A DNA stretch of 64,000 bases. Source: Haliotis cracherodii (lineage: Eukaryota). How positions within the stretch are numbered: the stretch's first letter is position 1; each line of letters opens with the position of its first letter. The position numbers and the translations under genes were made by a program. The DNA lies in NCBI RefSeq assembly GCF_022045235.1, contig NW_027266343.1, positions 51,680,134-51,744,133 on the forward strand, in the 5' to 3' direction. The notes below the pieces were generated by a model, which did not search any database, was not told where the DNA came from, and saw only the letters and a program-made list of their open reading frames with translations. Positions 1-12,585 of the stretch are shown one piece after another.

Positions 1-760
1 AAATTATTACACTATTACAGGTTCATTATTACACTATTACAGGTGCATTATTTACACTATTACAGGTACATTATTACACTATTACAGTACATTGTAACAC
101 TATTACACTTACATTATTACACAATTACAGGTACATTGTCACACTATTACAGGTATATTACTACACAATAACAGTTACATTATTACACTATTACAGTTAC
201 ATTATAACAATATTACAGGTACATTATTACACTATTACACGATATGGCTCAAATATTACTACACAATAACAGTTACATTATTACACTATAACAGCTACAT
301 TATGACATTATTACAGTTACATTATTACACTTTTACAGGTACATTAATACAGTTACATCATTACATTATTAAAATTACATTATTGCAGTTACATTATTAC
401 GTTATTAGTTACGTTATTACCAGTACATCATTACACTATGACTATTACAGTTACGTCATTGCAGTTACATTATAACATTATTACAGTTATATTATTACAC
501 GATTACAGCTACATTATTACACTAATACATTATTACAGTTACATTATCACGTTATTAAGGTACATTATTACAATTACAATACTACATTATTACACTTACA
601 TTATTACGTTATTAATTACATTATTTCAGTTACATTATTACACTATTAAAGTTACATTGTCATGTTATTAAGGTACATTATTACAGTTACATTATTGCAT
701 AATTAAGGTACATTATGATATTATTACAGTTACTTTACTACATTATTACAGTCATATTAT
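1..760. repeat. Minisatellite with a period of about 21-22 bp (consensus near ATTACAGGTACATTATTACACT), about 35 copies
   Basis: A direct tandem pattern is visible across lines 1-720. The ORF-track peptide shows a 7-aa periodicity, which is a translation artefact of the repeat. Confidence 0.9.
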
Positions 761-3700
761 TACAATGGCGTGTCAGTTTCATATGGGAGGATGGCGGGTC
801 CAACGTGACGAAGGTCGCATTCACTGGTTATAACCGAGGAAGTAGTCGTTTAATTAACACGTTACGGAAAGCCACGAGAACGGGTAAACATTTGACAGAC
901 TGTCGATCATAATCTGGATTCGACCAGCGGATGCTGACGTGGCTAAGAGAGCGGCATTATATTTTGAACAATAACAATAAACATACATCTTCAAACCATG
1001 ATTGATGCTGCATCGTATAACTGCTATGCAAATGTGTGGTATGTGTTCAGCATGTTTAACGTGCATCAGTGAGTATATGTTACGATATCATTAGTTTTAG
1101 CAGGGCAAGGGTAATCTTTAAATCGTGGAATGTGTCACAGGAACGCTGTAGCAGGACGATGTGAAGCAGAGCAATGGGGGTCTCAGTCTCCTGGTTTATT
1201 GGTCTCTGACCGCTTTGTAACCGCGGGGTCAGGCCTGTTAGCGCCTGTACTAAGACTTTGACAACTTGTAGACACGGGGACATTTTTTATCTAAATTGAA
1301 CATATACCCATCAGCAAGCATGAACATTCCAGTCCCAAACAGGAAGATGGCGACCACGTACAGTGGAGGAGTGCCGGGCTGTGACCTTGGACAATGCGAC
1401 CCCCGCGCGTTGCGCCTCATACAAACCTGTCAGGCACTGGTCTGGCTCTTGTCTTGAAGTTTGTGATAGTGACATACAGCTAAACTGTAAGTCTTTAAGT
1501 GAGTCAGTGAGTGAGTAGGTGGGTGAATGCTTGACATCGAAACAGACCGAGGTGGCCAATATTCCAGCTATACATCTGCGTATTTTGGGGACGTATTCAT
1601 AAACATTCTCAGAATTGTCTTCAGATTTCAGAATACTCTTAATTCGCTAAAAGGATTCTTAGATGTAAGAGTAACTTTTGGTATTTCTCAGAATTTTCTC
1701 AGACTTTAAGACCTCTTTAGCACTCTAAGAATGTTTATTAATACCGCCCTGGGAACGAACTCTTCTTTCAGGGTGTTTAAGATCTGTATTTATACATATA
1801 ACAACCACAAATGGAGATCTGTCGGACATCCAACGCTCACTCACAGGGAATATATATGTCAGGGAATTATACTGTGAATGAAAATAATATCTAGTATCTC
1901 TATATATAATGTACATTATGTACCTCTACCTCTCATGTCTATGATAATATTTATTCCCATATGTAGCTAGTTTGTACTCTGCCCTACGAGGGTGTTCTGT
2001 ACAATAAATATTCTTGACTCTTGATTCTTCTCAGGGTTGTTTTTTTTCCCAAGTTGCAACCCCAACCCACACGCGCGCGAAGAACGCAGACAGTTTGCAT
2101 AATGCTGGAAATACACATTGTCAGATTCATGTTTATTCGCTCCCAGACACATAAACAAAACCCAAATATGCAGGGCGATATCAGCTGCTTCCTCTGTGAC
2201 AGGTCAGGCAGTTACTGCGGCCAGCAATTGTATAACTATGGTTTTATTGCATCGTCAGCACCAACCCCGTGACACACGTGCTTTTTATCATAATGAGCAG
2301 AACCAGTGCGTGTCGGATCCGTGGACGGCGTCTGGAACTACGTAACAGAACAGCATCAGAATCGTCGTGCCCATGCATGCACGCCCCTTAATACTTGCAT
2401 GTCTTTATCAGTATTACCCCGCTGCCCTCTCCAATGATGTCACTGGTGACACAAGCTATGGATCGAAACGTTAGGTACGAAAAGCCCCCCTCCCCACCCT
2501 TCCCTTCCCCCCTTTAGTATATATTCAAAGCAAGCGTTGACAAAGAATATACAAACAGTATACACAGAGAATATACATAATCTTAGTATATGCATATATT
2601 AACGCACGCCTCTTTTATATATAGAAGCTGAGTGTATATTTGTATTGAAATCCCCACTTCATGCAAGATAGTCAAAACAAATGAAGCTGCTATACATAAA
2701 TCTGCTAAAATACATGGATTGTCAGAAGAAAAGGTACAAGAAAAAGAGTTACAGAAAATTGTAATTGTATCGATAAATGCATAAAATTATTGTAAACATT
2801 TGTGATACCCTTCTCAACTAATTTTCCCCGATGTTGTGGAATAGAGCTGGCTAGCGCTGGCTAAGCTTGCTTTTGTATACATATCTAGATTGTTTTTGTC
2901 TTTTTCATAAAATAAATATATTCCACAGTCAGGGTGCAAGACTACCCCCATCCCATCGTGTGGAGAACCATCGAATTGTTTCAGAGTGAAAATGAAACCA
3001 TCGCCACCGTCTAACAAAAGATGTCATCGGCAATCCTTCTTCAAGAACCTTGAGGAATTTGCGCCTGGACATCTCTGAAGGCCGAAAATCTGTTGTTGAA
3101 TTTCTGCAAGGAGTTGGTTGTAATATCAGACTCCACAAGCAACATTCAGCTTTGAATTAAATAAGGTGTTGTGTATATAAAATATTGTGTATCAAATAAA
3201 ATTCCTGGAATGCCATAAATAATTTGAGTTTTAAAACTTTTGTCCTGTATATCATTTTCCTACCCAAATCTATAATATTTTTGTGTAACCTATTTTACTG
3301 TAACTTTCTTCAGATCACCAATACATAAATGCAGGTTACTGCCAATGTAAAATGTAATTCACTTTGGCAATTTACAAAATTCCTAAATATTTCAGTCATT
3401 TAAAAAATTGAGTGAAAATTGTCTATATATTTTACAGGTTGGCTAAATATTATTAAGAAATTGAAAAGGGCTTAAAAACACCACAAAAGACTAATTATGT
3501 TAGGACGAAAAGCCAAAACAAATATAAAATATACATGAAATTCAACATCAAAATGTTTGGAATTCGTTATCATTATAACATAGATTTTTCATTTAATTTG
3601 AAAAAGGACTGATATATTTAGGCTTTTTGTAAACCTAAATGAAAATGTCAGTCATTTAACACATTGACAGTAACAAACACGTTTTAACAAATCTTGGAGC

Positions 3701-4089
3701 ACGTCGCTTGTGAGGTAATAAACTAAGGGACAAAAGAAGCATACCGAGAATGTTTTTGTGTGCAAATGAAAATTGAATGAACAACGTTGTCAAATTTGAC
3801 AATACATATGTCTATTTAACCATCACTCATTCCTGCAACAGTTTGTAAAAAGTAATCTGTGGGTGGGTAATTTTGCGTAAAAATAAATTGTTTCAATGAA
3901 GCGTGGGGTAAGAAATTAACTTGCAACCACATGACCCCTAGCATGTTTGAAATGTTGTAAATTTGTGGCAACATTCCCAACAACTCTTGGAAACTAACAA
4001 AGAAATACGGAACACTTACACATATAGCGATACATTCTCGAACATACCGAGAGACTTTATATATTTTGTTTTGTTAAAACGAAATGCAT

Positions 4090-4371
4090 GAGTGAGTGAG
4101 TGAGTGAGTTTTAACGCCGCTTTTAACAGTATTCCAGTTATATCGAGGCGTGTCAGCATAATGTGGGCGGAAAGCACGAACTGATGCAGGTCTCAGACGA
4201 TTACCACTTCGGTGAAACCCACGAGCACCGGTATGGTGCTGACAAACCTAGAAACATAATCGGGGCGAACCGGGATTCGAACCCAACAATCATAGATTTC
4301 TGGCGTGCCCAAGGGACGCAACTCTGCACAGCGAATCGCGGCGCCTTAGATGACTGGGCCACCCGTGCCCC
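4090..4371 (-). mobile_element. tRNA-derived SINE, family A, full-length copy
   Basis: The reverse complement starts GGGGGCACGGGTGGCCCAGTCATCTAAGGCGC...GGGTTCGAATCCCGGTTCGCCCCG, which has a tRNA-like box A and box B. Then comes a body ...CTGGAATACTGTTAAAAGCGGCGTTAAAAC, then a (TCAC)n tail. The same unit recurs at 8879, 35053, 38643, 38901 and 43815. Confidence 0.8.
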
Positions 4372-4420
4372 CGAATGAATGAATGAACGAATGAATGAAT
4401 GAATGAATGAATGAATGAAT
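4372..4420. repeat. (GAAT)n microsatellite next to the SINE head
   Basis: gaatgaatgaacgaatgaatgaatgaatgaatgaatgaat. Confidence 0.9.
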
Positions 4421-4854
4421 GTCAGTTTTGTTTATAATTATTAACATGACACATCTGACACAAGAGACTTTCCCTGTGAGAGCATGTTGAAAGATGGGAG
4501 CTGCTTGTTTAGAGTCATGCTTGTAAAACAGTAAGAGGCTGAAGACGGGAAGTCCCTCATCCCAGTCACTGATAATCCAATTTGATTGACACTTACAATG
4601 TGTTTATACAGCCAAATTGCTCTTGACTGTCTGTTTACGAGACTTGCTCCGATGTGTCCAGCTTGTGTCTAGTTTGTGTCCAATCCTGTTATTTATGGGG
4701 CTTAGTTATCTCGTATCTGTTCCCATCACCCCTCGGTTGTGAGAATCACCGGGGTGTCTGACACCAGGAATCCTGGACGCGGTAAACGTTGTCATCAGAA
4801 CGTCACACCTTGCGCTGCAAGTCAAGGTCATGGGGGTTGGGGAGTCGGGGACTG

Positions 4855-4975
4855 GGAATAATCTGTTTAGGAGGGGGAGAGGGAAAGGTGGGCGGGGTTG
4901 AGGTCGTAGGTGGGGACGGGGGACGGCGGACGGGGGACGGGGGGATTGGTGGCAGATGGGGGTCTGGATTCAGAA
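4855..4975. repeat. G-rich low-complexity tract (GGGGACGG-like units) with G-quadruplex potential
   Basis: Runs of GGGG, GGGGG and GGGGGG separated by 1-4 nt on the + strand. Confidence 0.7.
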
Positions 4976-5087
4976 AAAAATGAATGTAAAATTATTATGC
5001 TTTCATTGAAGGCATATATGTTCTTTGTGACAGTCTTAACTCGTTTATGAAAGATGCTGACCATATACATTATTGAATATTATAACA

Positions 5088-5185
5088 CATTAGTATAGAT
5101 AAGATAAGATAAGATAATATTTATTGCAGAAACGTTCCATTACGGGACAGATGCAACTTTAAAAGACAAGACATCGTGATTCGTA
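5088..5185. repeat. (GATAA)n plus a 60-bp segment; copy 1 of a dispersed duplicate
   Basis: gataagataagataa followed by tatttattgcagaaacgttccattacgggacagatgcaa; this is duplicated at 6038-6140. Confidence 0.75.
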
Positions 5186-6037
5186 TATACATATATACAG
5201 ACATACATAATTTACATTCCTGTAGACACATACAAAAAAACAAAATAATCAATATTACATGGGTCTCTTGTATATAAACACAAGAAAAAATAATAATATA
5301 TATCAGGAAACAGTTCAAAAGCATAATTAAAACAGACACACACTGACCTATTATAATCATAATATCGGTACAACTATTTGAACTTATTTGTGTGTACATA
5401 TCTGTAAAAAGTAGAATAAACATGTAAATAACAAATCCTGTATGACAAACAACCGCGTTTATTGCATATATTGTGACAAGCACAAGTCCGCTTTCTGTGT
5501 TACGGGACGGGTACGGATATCATTCAAGACACAACAAAATTTCATATTTTCGGCCTTAAGTTGACACATAGAAAACCTCTCTTACTAAAGCTGAATTTAG
5601 ATATATTTTTTTAGCCAATTTTGAAACCCAACAAGACCATAGGGCAAGAGACCCGTAAGTGTTGCCTGCACGTCTTCAAAGTTACCTGCCCGCATTCAGA
5701 CATTATAAATATTGAAAAATCTCGAATACTAATGAATATATCGCCTCGTGATTCAGTAGAAATAATGCAAACAATTAATTGAAAATATGTGAGGAGTTGT
5801 AATAACTGAATATGTTAATAGTCTTAAAATTATCTGACAGTCCGGCAGGTGGAGGAAAATTTCATGCAGCCCAACAGAAAAGTTACCAGCCACGGGCAGG
5901 CGGGCAAGCAGTTATTTCGGACACTGTTCTTAGCTGGTGCTGATCTTATTCGATATCAATCATATGAATTTTGTTATTATTTTTTTCATCACGCAGAGCC
6001 AAAATAACCGTTTTAGTACATGTTATCGTCGTCTTAC

Positions 6038-6043
6038 ATATAG

Positions 6044-6074
<31 letters not shown>

Positions 6075-6140
6075 AGATGATATTTATTTGCAGAAACGTT
6101 CCATTACGGGACAGATGCAATTTTAAAAGACAAGACATTA
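6038..6140. repeat. (GATAA)n plus a 60-bp segment; copy 2
   Basis: Near-identical to 5088-5185. Confidence 0.75.
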
Positions 6141-7750
6141 TGATATATACATTATCATATATACAGACATACATAACAGTATAAGACCTAGCTATGCTTG
6201 TGTCGGAAAAAAAGAAGATACTTTTAAATATTTTGACACACAAACCAGAGCGTGGTGTTCTTACATTACATTGTTAAATACATAAACTATTTCCAATAAC
6301 TTTTGATTTTTAAAACTAATAAATGAATCCCATTATCTGTGAGAATTGTTAATCTTTGCTGCAGGAGAATCAAAGGCACAGATTCCGCGCCAAAGGCATC
6401 CGCAACTGATATCCCGGGTGTGATGCAAAAATGGAGTAGTCCACATTATGCCAAATCATGAAAACACAAGACTGGTCATGTTAGTTTGATAAAACAAACT
6501 TTTAAGCAGCTATTTGATATGTTCATGTGTAAGGTTTAACTTACACATCATTTTTCAACGTTCGACATAGAATACATATCCAAAATAAATGACAGGTGAC
6601 ACTCCCCATCGCACGCTCCCTACCGTCTAAATGGACTGGTCCAAGTTTATACTCAAAGCCTCTTTCGAAAAGACTTGCGTATCTCACGAACAGCAGAGTG
6701 ACATCATATGAAATAAAGGTGAGAGCGTTGTAGGTGTGTATGGTCCAGCCGTTGAAGTTTGTCTATGCGCCGTATGTGTTAATTGCTGTTGTCAGTGACA
6801 CAGCACCAGTTGTGACAGATCAAAGTAAACTTCAATGAAACATCAAACTCGGCATGCGTCCATAGGCTACCCTGACATGTTGACAGCATTTGTGTTTGGA
6901 ACATTTGCAGTCACGACTGAATTGCCCCGTTCCAAAAATAATGTCATTGATCTCTTGCAGACGACAGGAGAGGGAAGGTCAAATTTGGTTAGCTTACACG
7001 ATTGTTCAGGCTGCTGTTGCCTTATATCTTGAGCTCACAGAGTCGTTTGTCAGAAATGTTCGGTTCCTAAAGACCTCCGACTACCTGACATAAATTGTCA
7101 CACGTCGTCATCTTTATGACTGATATTTGGGGTCCGACAGTTTTTGCAATTGTAGAGGATTGTCAGGGCTACACACGGTCACTAAAGTAGTGCAAGAGGT
7201 ACAATTTTTTTCCCCCCAAATCTGGTGATATTACGCTTTACCGTATAAAGATGGGCAGGGACTTCGGGCGGTAGATCTATATTCCCTACGACTAGTCAGA
7301 GATGAGCTGTGATTTAATTGAATATGACCAATGGTGTCTATCCGTGTTGAATATTTTGTTCTAAGGCTATCTTTGTCATGTTGATGGATATGACTAGTCA
7401 GCAGTGGCAGTTTCAGGTTCGTACTGTATATTTTGGGCGATGAACAGATCACTTTTTGTCTGCACAGAAGACATTTTATTTTGCCCATGTGTTGAGTTTG
7501 GGCCAGTTATGAAATGTTATCTTCTTTCATGACTTTTTTCAAAACTGAATGAGATTCAGAAGGATTTTTATTAATCTATGTATGACTCCCGACATTGCAG
7601 GAATTATGTATATTTTCCATAAGTTAAACAGGTTTATGTTATTATGAGGCCATGAGAACTTACACCAGACCCATATGTTTCAGAATTATGACTAAAATTG
7701 CAAACTGCATATTCCTATGTGATATGATATGATATTGGTTTCAGATTGCC

Positions 7751-7826
7751 ATGGGGGACATATTCTTTCGCCAGGATGTGGAGAAACTCCTGTACAACAA
7801 GTTTGTGGTCATCATTGGTGACTCAA
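7751..7826 (+). CDS. PCED1: PCED1-like (PC-esterase domain-containing protein 1, SGNH/GDSL hydrolase-like), coding exon 1: MGDIFFRQDVEKLLYNKFVVIIGDS, with a phase-1 end
   Basis: The ATG has a good Kozak context (ttGccATGg). An in-frame TGA lies 7 codons upstream. The GDS motif is present. The donor is a GTAAGT at 7827. From memory, this matches human PCED1A ...LLHNKFVVILGDS IQRAVYKDLV. Confidence 0.75.
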
Positions 7827-7849
7827 GTAAGTGTCGCCACCCACTTCAG

Positions 7850-7990
7850 TGTTAGAAATTGGCACTAGTCCTACAGTCCCTGCCAAACTGTCCAGTAGTT
7901 AAGGTATCATAAGGACTAGTAGAAATATACCATTTGTAAGGGCAATTTGAGGACAAGTGGACTGAAACTGTTAGTTTCTGACACTGTACC
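7850..7990 (+). repeat. Interspersed repeat of about 135 bp, copy 1 (second copy at 11730-11880)
   Basis: attggcactagtcctacagtccctgccaaa...ggactagtagaaa...gtggactgaaactgttagtttctg recurs with about 85% identity. Confidence 0.7.
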
Positions 7991-8159
7991 TATGTAGTAG
8001 TCAGTGTTCCAAATATGGCATGAAAGTCAAGGGGTCCTCATCATAACCCTTTTGTAAATAGTTCAAAGATATTTTGGGCCTCTTTCAATTCATATTTCCT
8101 TTGATAAAGACCTCCAGGATCTCAGGTGAAAGTCCTTGAACGAGAATGAATCTTAAACT

Positions 8160-8710
8160 CCTCTTCCTGAGGCAAGGGTGTTAACTGACTATTAAAGTCC
8201 AGTTTAGACCCTTGTCGAACAAGGCTCCAATCCTAGAGTTACATTTTAGCTTGATTATCAAGTCTATCCATAGTCCAATCTAAATCACTAACAAACTAGA
8301 CATCCGGTTTGTAAACATCATGGATTTCAATGTGCAGGTTTCGGTTGACTGCAGCATTTGCAAAGCATGTATATTGTCAACGGGGCGTCAGCATTATATT
8401 TTGCACATCTTTACATGTTTTTAATCCAGAGGCTAAAGTGACTTGATGCACTTCGTGGGGTAAGACCTGTTTTATTACAACATAGATCTTGATCGTTGAT
8501 CAGATCGTCTTGACTGCGCATTGCCATTTTGTTTAAACCAAATGCAAGTGATATAATAGATGGAATCTGATTGGTCAGTAGGAGGGACATAATTCATAAA
8601 TTCCACCGCTGCTGCTTCGATTGAGCCATGAAATTCCAGCCTCATTCTGCAAGGGTGAGAACTCGACTTTCATAGTCAATAAATGCCCTTGCCTCAGGAA
8701 GATGTGTTAA
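8160..8710. mobile_element. TIR-bounded MITE of about 550 bp, copy 1, in PCED1 intron 1
   Basis: Terminal inverted repeats CATCTTCCTGAGGCAAGGGTG...CACCCTTGCCTCAGGAAGATG. The internal segment 8260-8400 matches the reverse complement of 11100-11190 in copy 2. Confidence 0.7.
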
Positions 8711-8749
8711 ATCCAGGGACTGTAATGGCCATGTTAATTGTACCTCCAG

Positions 8750-8829
8750 TCCAGCGAGCTGTGTACAAGGATCTGGTCTTGCTGCTCCAGAAGAACAGAT
8801 ACTTGACTGATGGCAACCTCCGAAACAAG
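8750..8829 (+). CDS. PCED1: PCED1-like coding exon 2: (I)QRAVYKDLVLLLQKNRYLTDGNLRNK, phase 1 in and phase 0 out
   Basis: The acceptor is tacctccag|tc, the donor is aag|gtaacc, and the junction codon a+tc gives Ile. IQRAVYKDLVLLLQK is a near-exact match to my recollection of human PCED1A. Confidence 0.85.
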
Positions 8830-8878
8830 GTAACCACTGCAGTATCATACTTTACATGCCCATTGGGGATGCTTGGTT

Positions 8879-9112
8879 AGGGTGGCCCAGTTGTCTAAGG
8901 CGCTGTGCAGAGTTGCACCCTTGGGCAGGCCAGAAACCTATGATTTGTGTTTCAAGGTTTGTCAGAACAATTACCGTGCTCGTGGGTTTCACCGAAGTGG
9001 TAAACATCTGAGATCTGCATCACTTCGTGCTTTCCTCCCATATTAAGCTGACACGCCGTTGATATAACTGGAATACTGTTAAAGCGGCGTTAAAACCTAA
9101 CTCACTCACTCA
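8879..9112 (+). mobile_element. tRNA-derived SINE family A copy in PCED1 intron 2
   Basis: ggtggcccagttgtctaaggcgc...ggtttcaccgaagtggtaaacatctgag...ctggaatactgttaaagcggcgttaaaacctaactcactcactcac. Confidence 0.8.
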
Positions 9113-9325
9113 CTTTACCATTGAAAAGCAAGGGATAATAAATAGCAATATAAAATTACACAAGTGTTGCGAAACAAGCACAGCTTCATGAAGGAATAAA
9201 GTTTTGAAATGTAAAATGACATGACATGAAATATCAACTGACCTCAAACATACTGATACCTATCTCTTCTTTGACAAGTTTTCCTGTTTTCTGCTTCTGA
9301 CCTTTCACCTCTCACCTTGATGCAG

Positions 9326-9558
9326 GGTGAGATGACCTTTGAGAAGGATGAGCTGATCGAAGGAGGCAAGAAGGGCAAGATGTCTAATGGTACCAACTAC
9401 CGTGAGGTCCGACAGTACGTGTCTGACTACTACCTCATCCGTTTCTACTTCGTCTGCCGCTGCTACAACGCTTACATGGAGAGCATCCTAGCCGACTTGA
9501 GCGATGAACCAAGGCCTGATGTTGTTATTCTCAACTCCTGTCTGTGGGATATCAGCAG
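9326..9558 (+). CDS. PCED1: PCED1-like coding exon 3: [77 protein letters not shown](R), phase 0 in and phase 2 out
   Basis: The acceptor is ttgatgcag|ggt and the donor is agcag|gtatgc. Remembered PCED1A motifs are present: NGT.YREVRQ, LVRFYF, PDLVI.NSCLWD.SRYG. Confidence 0.85.
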
Positions 9559-9595
9559 GTATGCCTTCTCCAACCTATTGTTCAGAAATAACTTA

Positions 9596-9810
9596 TTTAT
9601 ATATTATGTGTCTCCCGGCCGGGTCACTCTAAAAGACGTTAAAAGATGGTACTTATTGCTACACTGTCTGGCGCTCTGCATTAAGGGGCTAAAACAAGGA
9701 CTGGTCTGCTCTGAGTCAGTATACTGTGTCTGAGTGGGGTATTCATGTTAAACTGGGGCATGGTATCTCAGTGTGCAAGCACTATAAATCGGCATCAGTC
9801 CAGACTAGTA
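9596..9810 (+). mobile_element. SINE family D copy, 5'-truncated and lacking the tRNA head
   Basis: ...ggtacttattgctacactgtctggcgctctgcattaaggggctaaaacaaggactggtc...gggtattcatgttaaactgg... is homologous to 27296-27560 and to the reverse complement of 21975-22318. Confidence 0.7.
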
Positions 9811-10774
9811 CAAGCAGACACACACTTGCATGCACATTGTTATATGAGTGCAATAATCTTGGCAGATATATCAAACATATCATGAAGTGGTGCCTTTTGC
9901 TATTATTTATGGAGTTAGGGCATTTTTATTTTTCTCAATTTCCAATTTCCATAATTTGTACTTTGTCTCTAAAGGGGGTGGATTTTTTTTCCGGAGGACA
10001 ACTGAAAAAACGTATCTTTTGTCAAAACTTGGCAGATATGTCAAACAGATCTTGTTGTCGTGCCTTTTGATAATTGCTGATTTTTGGAATTTTTATTCTT
10101 CTCGGTGTCCATGGAAACATTTTGGACTCAGTCTCAAAAGGGAGTGGAAGGTGTCTTTTCTGGAACACAGCTTGAACATTTTGAAAGACTTTTCATTCAA
10201 ACTTCATACATGTATTTACCAAGGTCTTAAGTTGTGCCTTTTGCTATTTAGGATTTTAATTCTTTTTTAATTGTTTTCTGTTTTCATGGCAACAAGTTTG
10301 ACTTCGACTCTGTTCATAGTGGTGGGTTTGTCCAGACCAAAGCTCTAAAACTAATAGGTACTCTTTCTTGAAACTGCACCACGTCGTGTCGGGTTGCATC
10401 GCACACGATTGCTGTGTGTGACCCATTTGTTTAGGTGGTTACCATGGTGAGTATGGTATGTGTTAGGGTGAAATTCTTTTTGAAGCTGGAAACTTTGTTC
10501 TTCGACGTTTCCACACCAGGATTGAAAATAGAAGGAAGAAATGCAAAGTGTGAGATAGAATAAGTATAATAATATACAATTTATTATATAATTTTCAATT
10601 TGGGATAAATGGGGTTATAATACAAGTTTTGTTTAGGTATGGTAAGTATCCTGGTTTATAAATAAATATTGTATTTTGCGAGCCTTGTGTTTTTTTCAAA
10701 ACAGGATATTTACCATCTCAAAACACTCAAGCATGAAAAGGTCTTTATCATATACTGTCATTCATATATTTCGG

Positions 10775-11335
10775 CCCATCTTCCCGAGGCAAGGGTGTTA
10801 ACTGACTACAAAAGTCCAGTTTCCACCCTTGCCCAATAGGCTGGAATTTCAAGGCTCGATAGTAGCGCCATCAGTGGTTATTTCGAGTAATGTCTCTTCT
10901 TTGTATGTACTATTGACCAATCAGAATCAACCTCTCATATCACTTGTATTAGCTGCAAACAAAATGGCATTACCCAGTCAAGATGATCTGAATGATAATC
11001 AAGATCTGTATTGTAATAAAACAGGTCTTTCCTCGCGAAATGCATCGGATCATTTGAGAACCTTGATTAAAAACATGAAAATATTTGGAATACATCTGTT
11101 GGTGCCCAATTGAGAGTACACATGCTTTGCAAATCCTGCAGTTGGCGGAAATCTACACGTTTAAATCCATGTTGTTTACGAACCGGATGTTTGTTGCACG
11201 ATTTTCATTGGAGTATGTATAGACTGGTTAGTCCAGCCAAAATGTAACGCCGAAATTCCAGCTTAGTTCGGCAAGGGTGGAAACTGGACTTTAACAGGCA
11301 GTTAACTCCCTTGCGTCAGGAAGATGACTTTGGCC
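10775..11335. mobile_element. TIR-bounded MITE, copy 2, inverted relative to copy 1, in PCED1 intron 3
   Basis: It has the same 21-bp TIRs (catcttcccgaggcaagggtg ... cccttgcgtcaggaagatg). The internal region is the reverse complement of the copy-1 internal region. Confidence 0.7.
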
Positions 11336-11729
11336 AAATCCAACCATATTAGATTCCAGGAAAAAACACAAGCTGTAGAGGTTTTACAAGCACAAGAAAG
11401 AAGAAAGAAGTACTTTTCTGACCTTTTTCATTTGCATATTTAACCTTAAATGACACCAACATATTCTGATTTTATTTGTTACCTTTATCATGCTATGAAA
11501 AATACCTGTTATTTGATAACCATACTTATTATTCTTTTTGTTATGAAATGCTAGATTTATCTGAAAATATTATCTGGGTGTTTTGAACTTGTAAAATAAC
11601 ACTTTGTGCCAGAATTACATCAATCATCTTGATTGTGGTGAGTTCAGTGAGAAATACCTAATGAAGAGAACATTTTGCTTTAGTTCAAATGACATGTGAG
11701 TTGAAAAAGTTGATGTTTTACCTGCGTAG

Positions 11730-11880
11730 AAATTGGCACTAGTCCTGTAGTCCTTGCCAAATGCCCAATAGTTCAGGTATCATAAGGATTAGTAGAAAGT
11801 TGCTCTTTTTAAAGGTTTTGCTATATGTTATCATGAGAAGGACTAGTGGACTAAAACTGTTAGTTTCTATGGCTGGTTTA
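11730..11880 (+). repeat. Interspersed repeat of about 135 bp, copy 2
   Basis: Matches 7850-7990. Confidence 0.7.
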
Positions 11881-12394
11881 ACTCATAGGTTATCATGGGG
11901 TTTGACACACACACACATTTAAATTTAAAGATTTTAGATTAAATTTAATCTCTGTGATAAAAAACCTCAAATACGTTCATGTTAGGTAAATACTTGTGTC
12001 TATTGTCAAGACCTTCCCAGATTTCTAACTCATCATGATATCACAGCTGAACATGAAATTGGCATCAACGTCAGCTCAGGATATTCTCTTGAATAAATTC
12101 TTTTTTTGTGATACACGGTAAATCATGATAAAGTTGTGAGCAATAACAGTAGTGTCTTGTACCAAAATGGGATGTCATTGTGAAGTATGGAGGTCGCTTT
12201 GTTCAAATGTTGTTCAGCTTTGTAAATGTTGCTTCTTTAGAGCAACACATGTACTTTAAAGGGGCACTGATCTAAAGCAATTCCCCGGGACTGGTTGTTG
12301 CCTTTGTTATTGTTTTTTCCCGTGATTCCCCAGATGATATAGCAGAAACCTAGACAAGTTCTCGACCTGTGCTGCGCAATTCGTAAGCGCATTT

Positions 12395-12585
12395 GTCACT
12401 TTTATTGATAGTATAAGGGCGTAGGGTCACATTGATCAACAAAATGAAATAAAGTTTTGGAAATAATGAGGAAATGTAATTATTTTTGTTGGTAGCATCA
12501 TTAATCAACAAAATGAAATAAAGTTTTGGAAATAATGAGGAAATGTAATTATTTTTGTTGGTCGCATCGCTAATGGTGACAAAGT
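12395..12585. repeat. Tandem duplication of a unit of about 75 bp, 2 copies
   Basis: attgatcaacaaaatgaaataaagttttggaaataatgaggaaatgtaattatttttgttggt occurs twice. Confidence 0.85.

Noticed and set aside
438-912. Small ORFs of 77 aa and 65 aa at the start of the window
   Set aside because: They are translation artefacts of the 21-bp minisatellite and its edge.
760-960. A unique, relatively GC-rich block of 200 bp immediately after the minisatellite (ggaggatggcgggtccaacgtgacgaaggtcgc...) as a possible small RNA gene
   Set aside because: I could recognise no snRNA, snoRNA or tRNA signature, and I see no second copy. I have too little to support any call.
2814-3138. Minus-strand ORFs (…MSRRKFLKVLEEGLPMTSF…) as a possible mariner-type transposase N-terminus
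   Set aside because: The resemblance is limited to a short helix-turn-helix-like stretch. There are no downstream DDE/DDD motifs.
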